This document shows positions 57,633 through 64,000 of a stretch of DNA of 64,000 bases, one piece after another. Every line of letters starts with the position of its first letter. The stretch's first letter is position 1. Origin of the DNA: a virus. Made by a program: the position numbers and the translations under genes. The stretch lies in IMG/VR virus record IMGVR_UViG_3300045988_165036, positions 70,153-134,152 of that record; one strand, given 5' to 3'. The notes beneath the pieces are model-generated. The model did not search any database and was not told the DNA's origin. It worked only from the letters and a program-made list of their open reading frames with translations.

Positions 57633-57713
57633 GATCGTCCCTCGGCTTCCCACGGGTCCGAGGGCAAATATTGGAAAGTAGCAAATCGGCAATAAATTGG
57701 AGGAATAAGTTAT

Positions 57714-58136
57714 TTGTTAGAAAGTAATAAAGAAAAAGGAAGAATGGGACTGGCGTTAGCAATAAGCTATTTTACCTTTTGCGGATATACTGTTTCGACA
57801 CCGCTTAATGATACGCAGTGGTATGATTTGATTATTGAAAAGAATGGTAGACTTGAAACTGTGCAGTGTAAATTTACGGGCTCCAAAGATAATTCAATTA
57901 ATTTAAAACAGTGTGGTGGAACTAGTGGAAAAGCTTATGATAGCATTCTAAATCATAAAAATTTGGACTGGTTGTTTTGTGCTGATTTAAATATGAATAT
58001 GTATTTAATTCCTGTTAAAGACATATTTGCATCTAAAAATACCAAATCTATTAAATTAAATTGTTTCCCAAATTCAAATGGACGAGGGTTTCAGACATAT
58101 TTATATAAGGTAGAAATTCCAAATTTATTAGTGTGA
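57714..58136 (+). CDS. Possible PD-(D/E)XK-type nuclease
   Basis: YDLIIEKNGRLETVQCK resembles a D..E.K core. The call is weak. Confidence 0.35.
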   Translation: MLESNKEKGRMGLALAISYFTFCGYTVSTPLNDTQWYDLIIEKNGRLETVQCKFTGSKDNSINLKQCGGTSGKAYDSILNHKNLDWLFCADLNMNMYLIPVKDIFASKNTKSIKLNCFPNSNGRGFQTYLYKVEIPNLLV

Positions 58137-58211
58137 TTTTTAGCACCTTTCCAACCATAACAAAATTCGTCTGCCGACAGCAGACAATAAGATTAAAAGG
58201 AGATTTGATGG

Positions 58212-59411
58212 ATGGTAGACGAAAAGTATCAAATAAGAGACGGAGAGTCGATCGATGATTATATGATTCGAGTGAGCGCTCTCGGTCAGCAGAATCGTTT
58301 AACTTGGCAGGAAATTGCAGACATTATCAACGAAGAGACAGACCTGTCTTTTAGTGAGTCAAAGTATCGCAAGAATTATCGCACATATTGTAAGGGTGTA
58401 GAAGCCGGAGCAAGAAGTATGGAAGAGGAAGATGAAATCGAGTCTGACCCTGCAATTTCTAAATTGATTGATGCAAAAATCAATATGCAAAAAGAGCGTT
58501 TCAAATTAAGCGATGAACGCACACAAGCAAACGCATATATCAGACGACTTGCTCGAGAAGAAACAATCAAAGAGATTGGACTTCAGGCTGCTCGTGAGAT
58601 GAATGCAAAGAAGATGCTTGAGCCGGAGATGCTTTCTGAAAATAATGGAATTAATTCTGCGATTCTTGAAATTTCTGATTGGCATCTTGGTCTTGATTTT
58701 GAAAATTATTGGAATAAGTATAATTTGGATGAAACAAAACGACGGGTTTCTCTTTTGAGAGACAAAACAATTGAGAAGTGTCTCGCAAATAATGTTAAAG
58801 AGCTTTATGTTGTTAATTTGTCTGATCTTATCGCGGGCCGTATTCATCTGTCGATTCGCCTTGAAAGCAGAATCGATGTGATTTCGCAAACAATGTTGGC
58901 GGCGGAGCTCGTTAGTGAGATGTTGATGGATTTTGCAAAGTATTTTGAAGTTCATTATTATGATTGTTTGGATAATCATAGTCGTCTGGAACCAAACAAG
59001 AAGGACGCAATGGATTTGGAATCGCTTGCAAGAATTATTCCGTGGTATTTGTCTGAAAGAGTCGGCAAATTTGTGAACATCCATCAGAATAATTTTGGTG
59101 ATGATATAATCACGTTTGAGACAAAAGGATATAAAATTCTTGGAGTCCACGGTGATAAAGATAAGCCGAATGTTGTTGTCAAAAATCTTACGTGTATGAC
59201 GCACGAGCATTATGATTTGGTTTTGACTGCCCACCTGCATCATTTTAGTGCAGATGAACAGAATGAAACGCTTGTTGTAAGCAACGGCTCTCTTATGGGA
59301 ACCGATACTTATACAGCAAATTTGAGACTTTCAAGTAAAGCATCTCAAAACCTAATTGTTGTGACAGATAATTCTGTTGCAGAGGCGATTTATAGAATCG
59401 TTTTGAATTAA
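58212..59411 (+). CDS. Metallophosphoesterase-family protein with an N-terminal HTH-like region
   Basis: ISDWHLG, LSDLIAGRIH, GVHGDKD, TAHLHH. Confidence 0.55.
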   Translation: MVDEKYQIRDGESIDDYMIRVSALGQQNRLTWQEIADIINEETDLSFSESKYRKNYRTYCKGVEAGARSMEEEDEIESDPAISKLIDAKINMQKERFKLSDERTQANAYIRRLAREETIKEIGLQAAREMNAKKMLEPEMLSENNGINSAILEISDWHLGLDFENYWNKYNLDETKRRVSLLRDKTIEKCLANNVKELYVVNLSDLIAGRIHLSIRLESRIDVISQTMLAAELVSEMLMDFAKYFEVHYYDCLDNHSRLEPNKKDAMDLESLARIIPWYLSERVGKFVNIHQNNFGDDIITFETKGYKILGVHGDKDKPNVVVKNLTCMTHEHYDLVLTAHLHHFSADEQNETLVVSNGSLMGTDTYTANLRLSSKASQNLIVVTDNSVAEAIYRIVLN

Positions 59412-59499
59412 ACAAGAAGATTGATTCGAACCGCCCTAAAACTTCGGGAGGTTCATTTTGTTATAAAAGGTGTTTTAAAGGAAGGGGGAAAACTCTCAT

Positions 59500-60798
59500 A
59501 TGATTTATAAGAAGCGTGTTGGCGATCGGAAGTATGTTGGAAACAAACCTCCAGAACCACCAGCATTAAAATACCAGTCGATGGAGCTTTTTGACAAACC
59601 TCGTAAACAGGCGGTTTGCGATTGCTGCACGACAACCAGAACAATTGAAGAATTTCCATATGTTTCCGGCGCAGACATTTATGTGGTAGGGGAAAATGGG
59701 CGCAGAAGAGCAACATTTTGTATGTATTGCTGCGTTAAGTTTTGCGAGCGTATGGAAGAAAAATATGGAAACCAATATAAAGCATTATATAGATTATGTG
59801 CCTTTATCGGTCTGTATTATGACGACGCCCTTGCACACCGCGTATGGGAAGAAGATAGGGAATATGAGAACGGAGAAAAAGTAAGTGAATTTATTTCTCC
59901 GTATGAACTATATATAAGAGCTGTTCAAGACGATCCTCGACTTGAACGTAAATCGTTTATGGATGAAGGAGATGTGCCGTTTGAATACATCGTTCAAAAG
60001 CAGCGCAACCTTTCTATAACGGAAGAACTATCAGAGCAGGGGCGCAGAGACAGACAGGAAATAATGGAGAAATTCCACTACGACCCCTTTGAAAAAGAAC
60101 CGGCAAAAGACAGAGGAAGGTTGTATGCCGACCTCGTAACACTTTACGATGACGCAATGGCAACAGACCTTGTTCGTCAGCGTGCGGCAATTGAGGTTGT
60201 TAAATCTTTTTATCGAATCGATACGATTGGTCAAACGATTCAGGAACTTCAGGCGTCGCCGCAATTAATGGTTGACAACGCAAAGGTTTTGAAAGACCTA
60301 ATTGATCAAAAATCAAAAGAGACGGCAATGGTTACGTCGTTCTCCAAAGACCACGGATTCGCAGAGCGTTATCAGACCGGTAAAACAAAAGGCGCTGGTA
60401 CGTTGTCGAGTGTTGTCAGAGATGGCTTCTATAACCACTTCGACAAGTTGGCTGTTAATAAGTTTGATATCGAAACTTCGAACGCAATGAGACAGGTGGC
60501 AGATATTAGTGCCGCTTCGATGATGAATCAAATTCAGTTATCAAGTGACGATTTCCGCAAGATGGTGGAAGAACAAGCAGAAAAGATTAGAGAACTAACA
60601 GAACAGGTTGCGGAGTTGTCCGAAGCAAACCGGCTGTTTAAAGAAAAAGAAATCAAACAGCAGCTTCTGGATGAATATGTTAAAGATCTGAAAGAGAAGG
60701 GAATTACTGATAATGAGGTAATTAGAGAAGCCGTCAAAAAAGCGCAAACTAAAACATATTATCCGAAAGACGGATTGACGGATGGTGATGGACAATGA
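59500..60798 (+). CDS. Hypothetical protein immediately upstream of terL (terS candidate by position only)
   Basis: ATGA overlap with the terL start. Confidence 0.4.
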   Translation: MIYKKRVGDRKYVGNKPPEPPALKYQSMELFDKPRKQAVCDCCTTTRTIEEFPYVSGADIYVVGENGRRRATFCMYCCVKFCERMEEKYGNQYKALYRLCAFIGLYYDDALAHRVWEEDREYENGEKVSEFISPYELYIRAVQDDPRLERKSFMDEGDVPFEYIVQKQRNLSITEELSEQGRRDRQEIMEKFHYDPFEKEPAKDRGRLYADLVTLYDDAMATDLVRQRAAIEVVKSFYRIDTIGQTIQELQASPQLMVDNAKVLKDLIDQKSKETAMVTSFSKDHGFAERYQTGKTKGAGTLSSVVRDGFYNHFDKLAVNKFDIETSNAMRQVADISAASMMNQIQLSSDDFRKMVEEQAEKIRELTEQVAELSEANRLFKEKEIKQQLLDEYVKDLKEKGITDNEVIREAVKKAQTKTYYPKDGLTDGDGQ

Positions 60799-60942
60799 TT
60801 TCGGTTTATAATAAAAAGTCAAATGTCGAAATCAACGCCCGTCGCTTGGAGCAACTTGAACAATGGGGTTCAATTATTCAATACGGGAGGCAAAACCCCG
60901 TTTGGTTTATTGAACAAATTTTGGGATGTCCGTTATTAGACT
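60795..60942 (+). CDS. terL: Terminase large subunit, exon 1
   Basis: ..WFIEQILGCPLLD, then the first base of a Tyr codon. Confidence 0.65.
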
Positions 60943-62695
60943 TAGATGTTTGTTACAAATAGGTCGCTTACACAGAAATGTGTTTGAATAATAATCTATC
61001 GAAATGCTGGAACTTCGTAAAGCTTACATACCAAAGCAAAGTGATGAAAAACGCACAGGTGTGATGGTTGCGAAAGCGTAAAAAAGTTGTGAGATGGAGT
61101 ATGGTTAAATCCTAACCTCTGTATAAAAATCGAAAATCAGCAGGAAAGCCCCGAAAAGGGGAATCCTCAACGACTAGAACGAAAGTTCGTAGCCAACAAG
61201 TGATTGGTTGGCGAAGTGGTAGACGTCCATTGTAGTGGACGAAGATATAGTCTGCGCTCATATGAAAGTATGAGGTGGTTTTAATAGTCACAGAACAGGA
61301 GTAGCGTCCTGTATAACTAAACCGATATAATTGCGGGACAGAGGGTAGCCCCCTTTGTTGAATTGCTGGTAACAATTTAACTTACCGCATTTATATATTT
61401 TACACTGACTTTTTACCAGAAAGGAGGTGCAACGATGATTAAGTCTTTTAAAATTAGATTATTCCCAACAAAAGAACAAGAAGAATTAATGTGGAAACAC
61501 GTTAATTCGTGCAGATTTATTTGGAATTACATGCTCGAAAAACAGATTTCGAGAGAAAACAATAATGAGAAACCTTTATCGGCATATGATATGATAAATT
61601 TGATATCTCCGATGAAACAACAAAAAGAGTTTGAGTGGTTAAAAGATGTGTCCAATAGCAGTTTGTGTAAAACTTGCTTAGATTTAGGTAGCGCGTTTTC
61701 TAGATTTTTTAAAAAGCAAAATAGATTTCCGAAATTTAAATCGAAAAAGAACCAAAGACACTCTTGTCCCGCTAGAAACGAACGTCTTTATTTTATTGAT
61801 GACAGTAGGTTGTTTATTGAAAAAATCGGTAAAATTAAATATAAATCTGATTTAAGTTTTTCAAAAGATCAAAGATTTTTGAATGTTAGATTAATTGAAA
61901 ATATGGGAAAATGGTTTGTCTATTTTGTAATGAAGTGCGAGAATCAAGCACCGGTTTTGACAGATAAGCCAATGGGAATAGATTTAGGAATAAAAGAGAC
62001 TATGGTAGTCGCTTATGGTAATGAGTCTATAATCTTTCACAATATAAATAAAAGTAAAAAAGTGAGAGAATTAAAGAAAAGAATTCGTAATTTACAAAGA
62101 GTGATTTCTCGTAAATACGAAGCGAATCGTGTGGGCAAAAAATACATTAAAACCAATAATATTATAAAATTGGAGAATAAATTAAGAAAATTGTACGCGC
62201 GATTGAACGGAATCCGATATAATTATATTCATCAGTGTACTCATAACCTTATTTCATTATTGCCTTGTAGAGTCGTAATGGAAGATTTAAATGTTATGGG
62301 AATGATGAAAAATAAACATCTTTCAAAAGCAATACAAGAACAGTGCTTTTGTGAGATAATTCGGCAAATGAAATATAAGTGTGAATGGAATGGAATACCA
62401 TTTATACAAGTAGATAGGTTTTATCCAAGTAGTAAAACCTGTTCTTGTTGTGGTACTATTAATAAAAGATTAACACTTTCTGACAGAACTTTTATTTGTC
62501 CAGAATGCGGATTTACAATTGATAGAGATTACCAAGCGGCGCTTAATTTAATGAGATACGAAGTTTAATTACAGAGACTTCGGTCTTGAGGTATCGTTGT
62601 ACCTTTATGCTGTGGAGCGTCATATAAACTTAAGTAGCTTTATGCGAAAGAGGACGCTGTGAATCAGTGAGTTTAGTTTTTTCTAAACACAACGG
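60943..62695 (+). mobile_element. IStron: group I intron core (about 60943-61400) + tnpB + 3' omega-RNA / 3' splice-site region
   Basis: See the first finding (60943-62695). Confidence 0.7.
61435..62568 (+). CDS. tnpB: TnpB RNA-guided nuclease, copy 4 (inside the terL intron)
   Basis: IKSFKIRLFPT..CRFIWNY; [24 protein letters not shown]; CSCCG..CPECG. Confidence 0.9.
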   Translation: MIKSFKIRLFPTKEQEELMWKHVNSCRFIWNYMLEKQISRENNNEKPLSAYDMINLISPMKQQKEFEWLKDVSNSSLCKTCLDLGSAFSRFFKKQNRFPKFKSKKNQRHSCPARNERLYFIDDSRLFIEKIGKIKYKSDLSFSKDQRFLNVRLIENMGKWFVYFVMKCENQAPVLTDKPMGIDLGIKETMVVAYGNESIIFHNINKSKKVRELKKRIRNLQRVISRKYEANRVGKKYIKTNNIIKLENKLRKLYARLNGIRYNYIHQCTHNLISLLPCRVVMEDLNVMGMMKNKHLSKAIQEQCFCEIIRQMKYKCEWNGIPFIQVDRFYPSSKTCSCCGTINKRLTLSDRTFICPECGFTIDRDYQAALNLMRYEV

Positions 62696-64000
62696 ACCAG
62701 AAGTTTATGATTATGGGCGGCTGGACTGCTCAAAAGGCAATATATGTTCAATCGCGTGGTAGTGGTAAATCTTTCGTTGCTTCGCTAATTATTATGGCGA
62801 AAACAATTCTCTATCCGGCATATTCCGCATATATTATGGCTCCGACTGCTCGTCAGTCGAATGAATTGTTCAACAAGATCAAAGACATTGCGCTCCACAA
62901 CATTCAAACTCTCGCAGGAAACGATGTGTTTTTGGGAGAAACCGTTAAAACGAACGGTAATGCAACTGGTTTCGTAACTGCGTCAGGAGACCCACACGTT
63001 GATTTATACAATGGTTCGAGTATTACGGCGCTGAACGGTAGCCCGAAGGGACTTGTGTCAATGCGTTCTTCTGGAAACTTTTATGATGAGGCAGGAAAGC
63101 TGTCTTACGACTTCTTTAGCTTAACAGAGCCGTTTACAATCGTTAGTTCTGACTTCCGCGCCGGAGTTGATCCGGAGGTATATCCAAAGAATGTTCCGAA
63201 CCAATGTTATTACTTTTCTTCCGCCGAAGATACAAGCACATATTTGTGGCAGTTATATCGCGACGGAGCGAAGAGAATGGCGATGGGTTTTACTGATTAT
63301 TTTGTTTGCGATATTAGCTGTCAAATGCCGCTGCATCCGACAATGAACGGAAAGCCGTATACGCCGCTTTTCCCGAAGGAAGACGTGGATGCCGCAATGC
63401 GTTCCAATGAATATAGAGCGAAACGTGAGTATTACAACCTGTTTGACCTTACGGGCGGAGTTGACAATATCGTTTCTAACGACAGTATTTATCGAAACGA
63501 AAAGCAATATTTACCTCTCACAACCAATCCAGATCCAAAATCCGGAAAGAAATATATTATTACAATCGACCCTGCGCATCAGATTGATAACTCTTTTTGT
63601 CTGATTACAGAAGTTTGGAAAGATAAAGAAAAGGGCTGGATGGGTCGTTTTGTGAACGGTTACAATATGATAAAATTATTGCCGAACGGCGATAAAAAAT
63701 TATATACGATGCCGGAGGCGGTTGAATTTATCAAAGAGGTTATGGTTTGTTACAACGGTGCCGCCCCTGATTGGGAAAACATTATTCTATTTGTTGAACC
63801 CGGTTCTGGTGGAGGCGGCTTGATGATTGCCGACTTCTTGCGACAGGATTGGGTTGATAAAAATGGAAAACAGCATCGTGGCGTTATCGATATGCAAGAT
63901 GAAAATAGTGCAAAAGAAAGATTTAATTATCCAAACGCGATTGAAGATGTTCTGCATCTTTATACACCGCAAAAGTTTAAAAATTCGATGTTTGCCGCGC
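62696..64000 (+). CDS. terL: Terminase large subunit, exon 2 (continues beyond the window; absent from the supplied ORF track)
   Basis: Stop-free from 62677 to 64000. (Y)QKFMIMGGW, Walker A SRGSGKS, Walker B NFYDEAG, nuclease ITIDPAHQ. Confidence 0.8.

Noticed and set aside
58506-59243. 245-aa minus-strand ORF
   Set aside because: It is antisense to the metallophosphoesterase gene, which has clear catalytic motifs. The composition is low-complexity and I/F/K-rich.
1-64000. Stop-codon reassignment (TAG or TAA recoding) as the explanation for the in-frame stops at 835 and 10588
   Set aside because: TAA, TGA and TAG all terminate well-defined genes in the window. Only two isolated in-frame stops are seen. 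The tRNAs present are Leu-UAA, Gln-UUG and Asn-GUU, none with a stop-complementary anticodon. This cannot be fully excluded without the rest of the genome.
1-64000. CRISPR arrays, rRNA genes, integrase or attachment sites
   Set aside because: No regularly spaced repeat-spacer array, no rRNA-like sequence and no tyrosine or serine recombinase ORF was seen in this window.

Overview
The window looks like part of a large dsDNA phage or prophage of a low-GC, Gram-positive-type host. Support: about 13 TTGACA-17nt-TATAAT promoters, GGAGG ribosome-binding sites, dense small genes and ATGA overlaps. Layout: 1-38.3 kb is on the + strand, 38.9-55.5 kb on the - strand, and 56-64 kb on the + strand again. 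The + block carries replication and nucleotide-metabolism genes: a Toprim primase, a DnaE-type polymerase, a Cas4-like nuclease, a RecD-like helicase, ClpP, a beta-CASP hydrolase, FolD and dCMP deaminase. The - block carries many small orphan genes, a lysozyme, a C1 peptidase, a ThyX-like gene, a YonO-like single-subunit RNA polymerase, a dNMP kinase and a 5'-nucleotidase. The right-hand + block ends in the terminase large subunit, which runs off the window. The main theme is a very high load of selfish or RNA-guided elements. These are one IscB-like gene, four intact TnpB genes, two related group I introns, a LAGLIDADG intein in DnaE, and two or three free-standing homing-type nucleases. One intron is a 1.75-kb tnpB-carrying IStron that splits terL. 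The other is a 255-nt ORF-less intron that splits the RNA polymerase inside its NADFDGD catalytic motif. The second notable feature is a promoter-driven, ORF-poor, GC-rich island of tRNAs and structured RNA (32.5-34.3 kb). It contains an RNA candidate of about 0.55-0.86 kb between tRNA-Leu and tRNA-Gln, possibly of the GOLLD/ROOL class. Other observations are two G-depleted non-coding tracts with TGTGRAAA and DnaA-box-like repeats, a two-copy hairpin with four compensatory stem changes, terminator-promoter hairpin modules, and several 5'-proximal homopolymer frameshifts and in-frame stops. All calls come from reading the sequence and ORF track by eye. No searches were run, so family names are motif-based.
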